Positions 22,295 through 34,781 of a DNA stretch of 64,000 nt are shown here, piece by piece. This stretch comes from Macrostomum hystrix (taxonomy: Eukaryota; Animalia; Platyhelminthes), in contig CATNEN010000030.1 of the NCBI GenBank assembly GCA_950097015.1, positions 930,001 to 994,000 of the forward strand, written 5' to 3'. The position numbers and the translations under genes are program-made. The notes below the pieces were generated by a model that did no database searches, was not told the origin of the DNA, and saw nothing but the letters and a program-made list of their open reading frames with translations. Within the stretch, counting starts at the first letter, position 1. The number at the start of each line of letters is the position of its first letter.

Positions 22295-22691
22295 GAGTGT
22301 ACTGGTGAAGTACTACCATCCGTGTTGTACCGCCTGTCGCCCAGCGCATACAGCATTTCTAGTCAGCGCTCACGCGTTCAGAGTTCATCAAGATGAATTA
22401 TTGTTCTGTGAAATGGACATCAGCACCAACGCCCCTCCTTTTGGCATCTGCATACCCGGCACGCCGTTCATCCAGCTGTTCGTCCGGGGCGACACGAATC
22501 GACGGATCTTCCAGGGCGAGTTAGATCCAGCCTCACTTATTAGCTTCATTGAGGCGGAATTGGGTCTGAAGCCATATGAAACTAAGGCGGCTAAGGCTGC
22601 GGCTACGGCTACGGCTGCGGCTACGGCTGCGGCTACGGCTACGGCTACAGCTTCGGCTTCGTCTGCGTCTACCACTGGAACTTCAGGTTGA
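22295..22691 (+). CDS. Single-domain thioredoxin (PDI/TXNDC11-type domain), exon 2; ~150 aa in total
   Basis: ctaat...ctgcctgcag|; (R)SVLVKYYHPCCTAC carries CxxC, GTPFI is the cis-Pro loop, followed by an Ala/Thr tail; AATAAA ~10 nt after the stop. Confidence 0.8.
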
Positions 22692-23074
22692 GTGATGCTC
22701 CAATAAAACAGCATAGGTCCACACTTAATAACAGTTTAGCCCAAAAAGAAAAAACTAATTTTCTTTGCTCACTACTGAAATCATACCTGACTGGAGTTTG
22801 AATGCTTAATAAAACTCTTGTCGACTTTCGAAATTCACATTTTCCTTTTTTTAAAGCAATCTTATGCGCCTTTAACTTTTTGGTGGTTTTCGATAAATAA
22901 AAAATCTGAGTAGAAACCTGAGTCGGATCTTATCTGAGCAATTCGTATCTGCTCCGAAACGAGCCCACAGACAGGTACAAATGTGCCTCAGTGGCCCAGT
23001 GCTCAGGGTTTGTAGAAAGTAAAATCACAGGCCAGTTTTTTATGTATTGCAGAGTTGGCCTTTGAGACTCAGTG

Positions 23075-23410
23075 TCTGAGCTAGAGACTGGGAGACTGAG
23101 ATACAGATAGAGACCAAAAAGAGACTGGGATAGAGTCTGGTATAGAGACTGAGATAGAGACAGAGATAGAGACTGAGATAGAGTCTGGTATAGAGACAGA
23201 GATAGAGACAGAGATAGAAACTGGGATAGAGACTGAGATAGAGACTGAGATAGAGACTGAGATAGAGACTGAGATAGAGACTGAGATAGAGACTGAGATA
23301 GAGACTGAGATAGAGACTGAGATAGAGACTGAGATAGAGACTGAGATAGAGACTGAGATAGAAACTGCGACAGAGACTGAGATAGAAACTGAGATAGAGA
23401 CTGAGATAGT
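23075..23410. repeat. 12-bp repeat (GAGATAGAGACT) upstream of the SEC14-like gene
   Basis: Direct periodicity. Confidence 0.93.
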
Positions 23411-23454
23411 CTCTCAAAGCCCTGAAAGTCTAGCCGAGTGGCTCTGGCTCGCTC

Positions 23455-23806
23455 ATGTCGGAGGCAGCAGCTGACAGTCCAGAATTTGCCGACCCGCCGA
23501 TGCACACCGAATTCAGTCGGCGAGTGTGCGGCGAGATGCGCGCCGATCCGCGCCGACTGGAGGCCTTCGCCCAGTTCAAAGCTGCCGCATTCGCCCTAGC
23601 CGAAGCCGAAGGCTTGCCAACTGAATTCTGTCGCCACTTGCTGACAGATCAGTTCTACCTGGCCAAATGGCTGCGCGCCTGCGACTACACCGCCGACGCC
23701 GCGCTGGACATGCTTCGCCGACATTTGGCCTGGCGTCGAGATAACGACGTCGACGCGATGTCGATTAGGTACTACGGCGAGGGCGAAGATGCTGATCGGA
23801 TCGGAG
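23455..23806 (+). CDS. SEC14-like CRAL-TRIO lipid-transfer protein, exon 1 (CRAL-TRIO N domain)
   Basis: DQFYLAKWLRACDYTADAALDMLRRHLAWRRDNDVD matches SEC14L2-type D.YLLRWLRAR.F...KSEAMLRKH..WR. Donor ggag|gtgatt, phase 1. Confidence 0.8.
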
Positions 23807-23861
23807 GTGATTTTCTAAGGATTGTCTTCCGAATTTGAATTAGTATAGAATTCGACAACTC

Positions 23862-24940
23862 TCACTCAACCCCTCAGCCTCTCACTCTACCCCTCAGCCT
23901 CTCACTCTACCCCTCAGCCTCTCACTCTACCCCTCAGCCTCTCACTCTACCCCTCAGCCTCTCACTCTACCCCTCAGCCTCTCACTCTACCCCTCAGCCT
24001 CTCACTCTACCCTCAGCCTCTCACTCTACCCCTCAGCCTCTCACTCTACCCCTCAGCCTCTCACTCTACCCCTCAGCCTCTCACTCTACCCCTCAGCCTC
24101 TCACTCTACCCCTCAGCCTCTCACTCTACCCCTCAGCCTCTCACTCTACCCCTCAGCCTCTCACTCTACCCCTCAGCCTCTCACTCTACCCCTCAGCCTC
24201 TCACTCTACCCCTCAGCCTCTCACTCTACCCCTCAGCCTCTCACTCTACCCCTCAGCCTCTCACTCTACCCCTCAGCCTCTCACTCTAACCCTCAGCCTC
24301 TCACTCTACCCCTCAGCCTCTCACTCTACCCCTCAGCCTCTCACTCTACCCCTCAGCCTCTCACTCTACCCCTCAGCATCTCACTCTACCCCTTAACCAC
24401 TCACTCTACCCCTCAACCACTCACTCTAACCCTCAGCCTCTCACTCTAACCCTCAGCCTCTAACTCTACCCCTTAACCACTCACTCTACCCCTCAGCCTC
24501 TCACTCTACCCCTCAGCCTCTCACTCTACCCCTCAGCCTCTCGCTCTACCCCTCAGCCTCTCACTCTACCCCTCAGCCTCTCACTCTAACCCTCAGCCTC
24601 TCACTCTACCCCTCAGCCTCTCACTCTAACCCTCAGCCTCTCACTCTACCCCTCAGCCTCTCACTCTACCCCTCAGCCTCTCACTCTAACCCTCAGCCTC
24701 TAACTCTACCCCTTAACCACTCACTCTACCCCTCAACCACTCACTCTAACCCTCAGCCTCTCACTCTAACCCTCAGCCTCTCACTCTAACCCTCAGCCTC
24801 TAACTCTACCCCTTAACCACTCACTCTACCCCTCAACCACTGACTCTACCTCTACCTCTTAAACTCGCACTCAACTCATTAACCTCTCACTCTACCCCTT
24901 AAACTCTCACTCCACCCCTTAAACTCTCACTCCACCCCTC
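23862..24940. repeat. 20-bp minisatellite (CTCACTCTACCCCTCAGCCT) in the SEC14-like intron
   Basis: About 50 copies with a degenerate right edge. Confidence 0.95.
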
Positions 24941-25009
24941 ATGCTAAATCCTTCGAAATTAAATGTACCTTACATTACTACTAGCATTGTTGGTAATAAA
25001 ATCCCACAG

Positions 25010-25635
25010 CAGACATTGCGGAGAACCCGACTCAGGACCCCGGCATCCCGGAACTCATCCGTCGCTATCACACCGGAGGCCGCAGCGGCTCGGATTCGGA
25101 GGGCCGTCCAGTTTTCATCGACCCGATCGGCCGGTTCGACATGCGCGGCCTGATTCGGCGGCTCAGCATTCGCCAGCTGGCCCTCAGCAGGATTCGAATC
25201 TGGGAGCGACTTCTCCGACGTGACTTCCCGGCCGCGCGTCGTCGCACCGGCCTGCCAGTCTGCCAGGCTGTGTATATCATCGACCTGACGGGCTTCGGTC
25301 GGCAGCAGATGAATACGGACGGCCTGGCCTACGCCAAGACCTTGGCCGGCATCCTAGAGGCCAATTATCCGGAGCTGCTGGCCGCTGTTCTCGTGCTCAA
25401 TCCGCGGCATCAGCGAGTTGCTCAGCTGATCTGGCGGCTGTTGGGCCCGTTTTTAACGTCGTCAACTCGGCGAATTGTTCGAATCTTGCCCGAAGGCGAA
25501 GCCGGGCGGGCCGCCCTGCTTGCTGCAGTTCCGCCCGACCAGCTGCCCGCTGCCTACGGCGGCCAGCTTCTCGACCCAGTCGATGGCGATCCCGCCTGCC
25601 CCAGCTGCATCTGCTACGGAGGCCAGGTGCCCTGA
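25010..25635 (+). CDS. SEC14-like CRAL-TRIO protein, exon 2; ~325 aa in total
   Basis: NAGNAG acceptor cacag|cag, phase 1. PELIRRYHTGG..G.D.EGRPVFIDPIGRFD, IIDLTG, LEANYPELL, LPAAYGG and ICYGGQVP are CRAL-TRIO signatures. Confidence 0.85.
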
Positions 25636-25671
25636 GACTGACCAGATCATGTTAGTTGTCTGCCACGTGTT

Positions 25672-26045
25672 CTCAATTGATCTCATTCGTGTTCTCAATC
25701 GATCTTATTCGTGTTCTCAATTGATCTCATTCGTGTTCTCAAGTGATCTCATTCGTGTTCTCAAGTGATCTCATTCGTGTTTTCAATTGATCTCATTCGT
25801 GTTTTCAATTGATCTCATTCGTGTTCTCAAGTGATCTCATTCGTGTTTTCAATTGATCTCATTGGTGTTCTCAAGTGATCTCATTCGTGTTCTAAATCGA
25901 TCTCATTCGTGTTCTCAATCGATCTCATTCGTGTTCTCAATCGATCTCATTCGTGTTCTCAATCCATCTCACTAATGTTCTCAACCCATCTCACTAATGT
26001 TCTCAACCCATCTCACTAATTTTCTCAACCCAACTCACTAATGTT
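25672..26045. repeat. 22-bp minisatellite (TGATCTCATTCGTGTTCTCAAT) after the SEC14-like stop
   Basis: About 16 copies. Confidence 0.9.
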
Positions 26046-27394
26046 CTCAATAGATTTAATTCATATGTTTTCAATAGATGTAACAGATATCATTATTATC
26101 ATATCATGTTTAACTCTGATTTCGCATATCAACGCCTAAAACTTCATATCCCAGCTAATCATCAAGGTCCGTATCCCAGCATCTTGCATTTGAAAGCTTT
26201 CTTCCCTAGCCGAGACAAAACCTCTCTGCCCCTTGAAGTAATCAGCGGCAATTCTATTCTGTCATCACCTAAATTGATTCCATTAGTTCCCGCGGGTTCC
26301 CAGATCCGTTAGATATAAACACACTGCGCTATTATAGGCACTGATTGCATTTCACATCAAATCATTTTGCGCGCATGTGTGCGCGGGCCACATATACACG
26401 GACAGATTAGTCAAGTCTTTCTGAAGAAAGAGGAGAAAATAAAAAGAAGCAAAGATGCCGGCCATTGCCCTCAAGGAGAATCTCAGGAGAAGGCTATACT
26501 CGTATAGCTAACTGCATGTGCTGGTCATCAGTATCAGCATAGTTCAGGGCGAAGAATTATGATTCGCTTACCACTTGTCCCTCCCCGAAAAACTGGGATA
26601 ATATCAGGGGCGGTAGCGTCAGACAGTTAACCACTGCCATTGTGTAGAGACAGATTTAGTTTTTCTTAACACAGTTTCTGCATTAAAGTCATGCAGTCCA
26701 ATCCTCATTGCCCAGAGGACAAGTAGATAATTGCAACGCGATAAGGGATGTCATCCCGGTAAGGGATTTGGGATCAATTTTGTAGACTTCGGTCCGGTCC
26801 AATATGTCACGCAACAGGGGGGGGGTAGACCTCGGGCGGTCGGGTCTGCTTAGATTGAGGCTTAGAGCGATTGGAGTGGGAAAAATTTCCCTGTGGGATG
26901 GGAGTTTTTTGCAGGTGCGGTTCTGACTTCTTGAAAGCGATGCGAAACGTTAAGAAAGCACAATGGCACTGTAATTGATTTAGGATGAGTAATTTTTCTG
27001 TATAAACTGTCGATTCTTTTACATCAGATTGACAACCAGAACAGCTTGCTGTGTAAACTATGACATAGCAGATTTTTTTTATATTTCTTCTGACTTTGTC
27101 TGACAAGTTTATATACATTGGCCAAGAAGTCATTAATTTACCTTGCCTGAGAAATATCAATCTTGACCATCTATTTGGTGATGACAAATTCTGTTTAGAT
27201 TTTTGCATGTTGCTTTTTTTCAACTTCTCTCTCTAGGCGGATGCCATCCTCATCAAGCCGATGTAAACAATTTTAGCACTGCCCCCGCCTACGACCGCTT
27301 TTTATCTGATTTGATCAGTCTTCAGACTTGATAGGGGATTTTTTATGCGTCTTTGATTCCCATTTCTGTGGTAGGTCTTCCAAACACATAACTC

Positions 27395-27982
27395 CCCTGC
27401 CTCATCTCTCCCGTGTCTCATCTCTCCCCTGCCTCATCTCCCCGTGTCTCATCTCTCCCCTGCCTCATCTCTCCCGTGTCTCATCTCTCCCCTGTCTCAT
27501 CTCTCCCGTGTCTCATCTCTCCCATGTCTCATCTCTCCCGTGTCTCATCTCTGCCTGTATCACCTCTCTCTTGTCTCATCTCTCCCGTGTCTCATCTCTC
27601 CCGTGTCTCATCTCTCCCGTGTCTCATCTCTCCCGTGTCTCATCTCTCCCGTGTCTCATCTCTCCCGTGTCTCATCTCTCCCATGTCTCATCTCTCCCGT
27701 GTCTCATCTCTCCCATGTCTCATCTCTCCCGTGTCTCATCTCTGCCTGTATCACCTCTCTCTTGTCTCATCTCTCCCGTGTCTCATCTCTCCCGTGTCTC
27801 ATCTCTCCCGTGTCTCATCTCTCCCGTGTCTCATCTCTCCCGTGTCTCATCTCCCCCGTGTCTCATCTCTCCCATGTCTCATCTCTCCCGTGTCTCATCT
27901 CTCCCATGTCTCATCTCTCCCGTGTCTCATCTCTGCCTGTATCACCTCTCTCTTGTCTCATCTCTCCCGTGTCTCATCTCAT
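27395..27982. repeat. 16-bp pyrimidine-rich minisatellite (TCTCATCTCTCCCGTG)
   Basis: Periodically interrupted by the TCTGCCTGTATCACCTCTCTCTTG variant. Confidence 0.93.
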
Positions 27983-29289
27983 CCCTCGTTTCTCTTGCAA
28001 GAACTGTTTGCTCTTTTTCTTCAATAGTTTCGCTTTGTTGAAGCATTAAGCGTTGTTTATGATCGGACAATATGGGAGAAAAGGAATGGGAGAGCAGGAA
28101 TTTTTCTGTTGCACCCCCGGGGTGGCGTCCCTAAATGCGACATTTAATCTGCATTGATTGACACGTGACTTTAAAGCTCCATTTGATGTTAACAAAAAGT
28201 ATTCCCTGAAATGACAAAATGGCCTATACCGAACCCCTTTCAGCGGCAAGGTGTTTGCCTAAAAGCGGTAGATCGTTTCAGTTCTTGGAAGGTATTTTCC
28301 TATGGCAAGAAAAGGTGTCGCATTACCCCCCGCAAGGTGCGCGGCCGCCGCATTCCCGACCGCTCAGTGGAGCCCCATCAATCTAGACAAAGACTTTCGG
28401 CTGATTTTAAAGCAATTTTCTTTCACTCTTTCGCACTGACCAGTTGTCCATTTCTGCCGCCCTTAGGGCAAGGTGTCCTTCTTGCACAGCCCTGAGATAT
28501 AAATATATGCAGAAAAATAAACTTTATTGGTTGCAGATGCTGTAACAGGAGCAATTTCAATTGCTGATTGCCGATTTGTTTTTTTTACTTCTGCTTAAAT
28601 TGAACAAGCGGGATCAATTTCTAAAGGAATTTTTGCTTTCGTTTTTTGGCTGATTGAATAATCGATTTGGCCTTTGGCTCAATTTCTATCGCATTCCAAG
28701 AAATGATCGAGGTTAGGGAAAATCCCTATATGGTGTCAAAATACCGGAAGTGAAGAGGAGAGAAAGACAAGGACCAAAAAATGCAAATCCCAAAATTGCC
28801 CGCCTCGTTGTGTGCGCCGAACCATCTCGTATTTCTCAAATTTGCGATGGGAGCATTACTCGACTTCGATTTAAATCCCCCAATCCCTTCTCGTATGAAA
28901 TTAGAGGATTTTTTGTTAACTTCAACTATAAGCAGCTTTTGGCACGCAATCAAATTCAGTGGCGGATTGATTTCCGCCCAGGCTACCCCCCCCCTAGTCC
29001 ATCGCATGGACCGACACGGCAGCTCTTCGTGAAATGAATCTCTTGTCCAAACTAGAAAATCCCATCTAAATCTCTGAGAATCATCTATATGAAACTCTGC
29101 GATTTGAGAAATTAAAATCTATAAGAAATTGTTCAATTTCCGCTTTGAAAATTGATTGGCCATGTTTCTGTTGCAGTGATTTCGCGAGCACGCATTGTTA
29201 GCATTGCAGAAAGTTAGGCCAATCTAGTTAAAGCAGAATTTCTATATCTCGTCTAAATTTGATATCATTTGTTTATGGTTTTTGCCTAT

Positions 29290-29342
29290 AGTGGCTTTAG
29301 AGCATCGGGCTCACGACTTGAAGGTCGGAGGTTCGATTTTTT
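29290..29342 (+). mobile_element. SINE tRNA-head fragment
   Basis: gggctcacgacttgaaggtcggaggttcgatt is close to the reverse complement of 59270-59305; no 3' acceptor stem follows. Confidence 0.5.
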
Positions 29343-29984
29343 TACTTTACTGTAACAATTAGTCTAGAGTCCGTGGACTGAACAACAGTATGCAGCCTTT
29401 CGATGCAGGTTGAAGGTTCTGAAGGTTGTCCATGGACTGGGGGGAATAGCCACCCAACCAAATAATAAGAAGATATTGCGCGATCATGAAAAAATAATGA
29501 CCAGAACACAACAAGGCTAAAATCTGTGATTGATGGAACTAAATCCGCGTGTAAATAGATGATTATTGTGTAGGAAACATTGTGTCAATCGTGATCCACT
29601 CTTTCCGCTCATCTCCATTAATCTGCATAACCTGCAGGCGCTTAATATCCCCAACATGCTATTTACATGGGGCCAAGTTTCTAAAATGAAGCCAACGCGA
29701 GGCGTCAATCTATTTTTACCTCTCCATGGAAACGCCACTACGCTGGCAGTTAAAGGTGTGTGGCAATTGTTGCCTAATTGTGCCATGTCTTCTCCTAGAA
29801 GTTGATCGAGGAAATTGGCGCTTGGCAACCAATGGAAAAGAAATAAACAAGTTAGTTTGCAAACATTTCGACAACGAATTGGATAGAATAGGTCAAGCTA
29901 AGGCTACAGCTTCGAGAAAAAGCAATGTTAACAGAGAATTAAAAAACTGGTACTGGATCCAGGTATCAAAAGTAGCAGGCATCA

Positions 29985-32380
29985 AAAGCGGCAGCAGGCA
30001 TCAAAAGCGGCAGCAGGCATCAAAAGCGGCAGCAGGCATCAAAAGCGGCAGCAGGCATCAAAAGCGGCAGCAGGCATCAAAAGCGGCAGCAGGCATCGAA
30101 AGCGACACTAATGAATCAAAAGCGGCAACAGGCATCAAAAGCGGCAACAGGCATCAAAAGCGACACTAATGAATCAAAAGCGGCAGCAGGCATCAAAAGC
30201 GGCAGCAGGCATCAAAAGCGGCAGCAGGCATCAAAAGCGGCAACAGGCATCAAAAGCGGCAGCAGGCATCAAAAGCGGCAGCAGGCATCAAAAGCGGCAG
30301 CAGGCATCAAAAGCGGCAGCAGGCATCAAAAGCGGCAGCAGGCATCAAAAGCGGCAGCAGGCATCGAAAGCGACACTAATGAATCAAAAGCGGCAACAGG
30401 CATCAAAAGCGGCAACAGGCATCAAAAGCGACACTAATGAATCAAAAGCGGCAGCAGGCATCAAAAGCGGCAGCAGGCATCAAAAGCGGCAGCAGGCATC
30501 AAAAGCGGCAGCAGGCATCAAAAGCGGCAGCAGGCATCAAAAGCGGCAGCAGGCATCAAAAGCGGCAGCAGGCATCAAAAGCGGCAGCAGGCATCGAAAG
30601 CGACACTAATGAATCAAAAGCGGCAACAGGCATCAAAAGCGGCAACAGGCATCAAAAGCGACACTAATGAATCAAAAGCGGCAGCAGGCATCAAAAGCGG
30701 CAGCAGGCATCAAAAGCGGCAGCAGGCATCAAAAGCGGCAACAGGCATCAAAAGCGGCAGCAGGCATCGAAAGCGACACTAATGAATCAAAAGCGGCAAC
30801 AGGCATCAAAAGCGGCAACAGGCATCAAAAGCGACACTAATGAATCAAAAGCGGCAGCAGGCATCAAAAGCGGCAGCAGGCATCAAAAGCGGCAGCAGGC
30901 ATCAAAAGCGGCAGCAGGCATCAAAAGCGGCAGCAGGCATCAAAAGCGGCAGCAGGCATCAAAAGCGGCAGCAGGCATCAAAAGCGGCAGCAGGCATCGA
31001 AAGCGACACTAATGAATCAAAAGCGGCAACAGGCATCAAAAGCGGCAACAGGCATCAAAAGCGACACTAATGAATCAAAAGCGGCAGCAGGCATCAAAAG
31101 CGGCAGCAGGCATCAAAAGCGGCAGCAGGCATCAAAAGCGGCAACAGGCATCAAAAGCGGCAGCAGGCATCAAAAGCGACACTAATGAATCAAAAGCGGC
31201 GGCAGGCATCAAAAGCGGCAACAGGCATCAAAAGCGGCAGCAGGCATCAAAAGCGGCAACAGGCATCAAAAGCGACACTAATGAATCAAAAGCGGCAGCA
31301 GGCATCAAAAGCGGCAGCAGGCATCAAAAGCGGCAGCAGGCATCAAAAGCGGCAACAGGCATCAAAAGCGGCAGCAGGCATCAAAAGCGACACTAATGAA
31401 TCAAAAGCGGCAGCAGGCATCAAAAGCGGCAACAGGCATCAAAAGCGGCAGCAGGCATCAAAAGCGGCAACAGGCATCAAAAGCGACACTAATGAATCAA
31501 AAGCGGCAGCAGGCATCAAAAGCGGCAGCAGGCATCAAAAGCGGCAGCAGGCATCAAAAGCGGCAACAGGCATCAAAAGCGGCAGCAGGCATCAAAAGCG
31601 GCAGCAGGCATCAAAAGCGACACTAATGAATCAAAAGCGGCAGCAGGCATCAAAAGCGGCAACAGGCATCAAAAGCGACACTAATGAATCAAAAGCGGCA
31701 GCAGGCATCAAAAGCGGCAGCAGGCATCAAAAGCGGCAACAGGCATCAAAAGCGGCAGCAGGCATCAAAAGCGACAGCAGGCATCAAAAGCGACAACAGG
31801 CATCAAAAGCGACACTAATGAATCAAAAGCGGCAGCAGGCATCAAAAGCGGCAGCAGGCATCAAAAGCGGCAACAGGCATCAAAAGCGGCAGCAGGCATC
31901 AAAAGCGACACTAATGAATCAAAAGCGGCAGCAGGCATCAAAAGCGGCAGCAGGCATCAAAAGCGACACTAATGAATCAAAAGCGGCAGCAGGCATCAAA
32001 AGCGGCACTAATGAATCAAAAGCGGCAGCAGGCATCAAAAGCGACACTAATGAATCAAAAGCGGCAGCAGGCATCAAAAGCGACACTAATGAATCAAAAG
32101 CGGCAGCAGGCATCAAAAGCGACACTAATGAATCAAAAGCGGCAGCAGGCATCAAAAGCGGCAGCAGGCATCAAAAGCGGCACTAATGAATCAAAAGCGG
32201 CAACAGGCATCAAAAGCGACTCTAATGAATCAAAAGCGGCAGCAGGCATCAAAAGCGACACTAATGAATCAAAAGCGGCAGCAGGCATCAAAAGCGGCAG
32301 CAGGCATCGAAAGCGACACTAATGAATCAAAAGCGGCAGCAGGCATCAAAAGCGGCAACAGGCATCAAAAGCGGCAACAG
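29985..32380. repeat. 19/20-bp two-unit minisatellite (AAAAGCGGCAGCAGGCATC / AAAAGCGACACTAATGAATC)
   Basis: Two interspersed variants over 2.4 kb. Confidence 0.96.
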
Positions 32381-33926
32381 GCAAAATCAGAGATTTGGTT
32401 CTCTGCATTTCTTAGAAACCAGAGCGATAACGCTGATAAATAGCTATATTAAGCCTTATCAGCGAGCCACCTTCACCAAACTGTTGATGCCTGCCCTTCA
32501 AAAAAATTATTTCTGCCACTTTTTCTTTCTAGTTCTCTCTCACTTTTCTAGGGTGTTTCTGAAAAGCAAATTGCCAAGCACTCAGAGCTTTCTCGACTTA
32601 AAGCGTTTTGTGCCCTACAAACATTTTCCTCCCTGTAAACCATATAGATTTCCCCCTTCTAGTCTTGTGTCTGACGCGCGCGCCAGTTTTTTTTCTTTAA
32701 ATGCCTGGCAACAATTTGCGGCAATGTATAGAGCTAAGGTGCAGTGTGAAGCATATACCCTATTTTATCTGGAAAATGTCGAGAGAAACTAAATTGCACG
32801 GATTTAGGGTCTCGCTATAGGCAAGGGAAAGGAATTGAAAAAAACACTCCATCAACTGGAGTGGTGATGAGCCAAACACGCACCCAACTGTGGCTGCAAC
32901 ACCAATTAACTCCCACTCCGCTAAGCATTCTTGCTGCTGCAATCTTACACAATACGCCGCTCAATAAGCATATAGTTCCAGGTTTTCAAGCGACAGACCT
33001 CTTTCAATCATTTTCAACTGCACACAACAGAGAGACTGAGAGACAGGAGGCTGAAAATATCCCCATTCTGCTGATAATCCCCCCAAATCCCTATTTACAG
33101 CAGCTGTCTAAAGATACAGGAAGATCAAGGCTACATGAATTTCTGAAAACCTTGGCCCACCTTATCAGAGGCCAATTAGAGGCAAGGTTATTTGGTTACC
33201 TGGGAAGCGGGTTTATACCCTAAATGCTTTCTAAAGTGTCATAAGTATAATAATGGCTCGGGGGCCACTTGACCGCCAGCAAGTCTTTCTATCTTCTTCC
33301 GCATTATATACGAGCTTTTTACCTATATATACATATATATATAATTTTTCTAAGATCAAAATGAAGCACTTATTTGTAAGGGCGAAAGTATCTATCTGCA
33401 TGCAAATGTAGTCGGATACTATAGTATACTATTTTTTTGTTCCTTATTTTATCTAAGCAAAGCGACACTTCAATTAACATTTCTTCCCATACAATATTTG
33501 ATGTTTCCTGTTGCGCCAATTCTTATCTAATTTTGACAGTGATTTTTGGGGGCTATGTAACAATGCATTCTATTTTTATGCACACTGTTACGGCGGGAGA
33601 GATAAATCAAAACCGGAAATTGGGAGTGGCCACTTTAGTAATTGATTGACATGTGCCATGAGCGTGCCAGTGGTGTGCCACTATAGCTGCATCGAGTGCC
33701 AATTCATCCATTTGTCCACGTACAGATTGGGCCTTTAAAAGGGGGATTATCGATAAACAGTTTGGGGACAATCCTGACATTGGGAATCGGAAGGAGAATA
33801 TGGAAATTGGCTAAGAAAATTATACCGAATTAGAGAATGATGAAATAAAAGGGCATCTATTAATAACGGGAAAAATTCACGAGAATAAAAAGATATATTT
33901 GTGTAAGAGACACAAATTAGAAAATT

Positions 33927-34585
33927 TGAGGGTGAGAAAGAGAAGAGAGGGTGAGAAAGAGAAGAGAGGGTGAGAAAGAGAAGAGAGGGTGAGAAAGAGA
34001 AGAGAGGGTGAGAAAGAGAAGAGAGGTTGAGAAAGAGAAGAGAGGGTGAGAAAGAGAAGAGAGGGTGAGAAAGAGAAGAGAGGGTGAGAAAGAGAAGAGA
34101 GGGTGAGAAAGAGAAGAGAGGGTGAGAAAGAGAAGAGAGGGTGAGAAAGAGAAGAGAGGGTGAGAAAGAGAAGAGAGGGTGAGAAAGAGAAGAGAGGTTG
34201 AGAAAGAGAAGAGAGGGTGAGAAAGAGAAGAGAGGGTGAGAAAGAGAAGAGAGGTTGAGAAAGAGAAGAGAGGGTGAGAAAGAGAAGAGAGGTTGAGAAA
34301 GAGAAGAGAGGTTGAGTAAGAGAAGAGAGGGTGAGAAAGAGAAGAGAGGTTGAGAAAGAGAAGAGAGGGTGAGAAAGAGAAGAGAGGTTGAGAAAGAGAA
34401 GAGAGGTTGAGTAAGAGAAGAGAGGGTGAGAAAGAGAAGAGAGGGTGAGAAAGAGAAGAGAGGGTGAGAAAGAGAAGAGAGGGTGAGAAAGAGAAGAGAG
34501 GTTGAGAAAGAGAAGAGAGGTTGAGAAAGAGAAGAGAGGGTGAGAAAGATAAGAGAGGTTGAGTAAGAGAAGAGAGGGTGAGAAG
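33927..34585. repeat. 19-bp purine-rich minisatellite (GAGAAAGAGAAGAGAGGGT)
   Basis: About 34 copies, ending ~150 nt before the CCAAT boxes. Confidence 0.95.
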
Positions 34586-34735
34586 GTAATTTGATTTCGA
34601 GACGTGTTAGCAATTAATAACACATTCAAACATATTTTTTGGCTGAAAACGGGAAAAAATGAACACAAAAGACTGTTCCACGCAGTTGGTCCACTCTGGC
34701 GCGCAGAGCCGTGACCTCAGTCCAGCTAGCTCTGC

Positions 34736-34781
34736 GCCGATTGGCTGGGCCACCACGCTACCCCGCTTAGCCGATTGGCTG
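34736..34781. promoter_or_regulatory. Paired inverted CCAAT (NF-Y-type) boxes upstream of NK3
   Basis: The identical 12-mer GCCGATTGGCTG occurs at 34736 and 34770 (34-bp spacing), ~350 nt before the ATG. Confidence 0.5.

Noticed and set aside
26807-29037. Short ORFs (83-138 aa) in the gene-free region
   Set aside because: No recognisable domains, no consistent splice partners, and AT-rich composition unlike the real exons.
28981-29451. Outward-facing imperfect inverted repeats (ggctacccccccc-ctagtccat / atggactggggggaatagcc)
   Set aside because: Could be ends of two adjacent MITEs, but I found no matching opposite ends or TSDs.
29726-32443. Many overlapping QKRQQASK ORFs
   Set aside because: 19/20-bp satellite; the frames change with each variant.
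32322-33649. ORFs of 60-156 aa between the arrays upstream of NK3
   Set aside because: No homology recognised, one starts inside a satellite, and there is no splice support.
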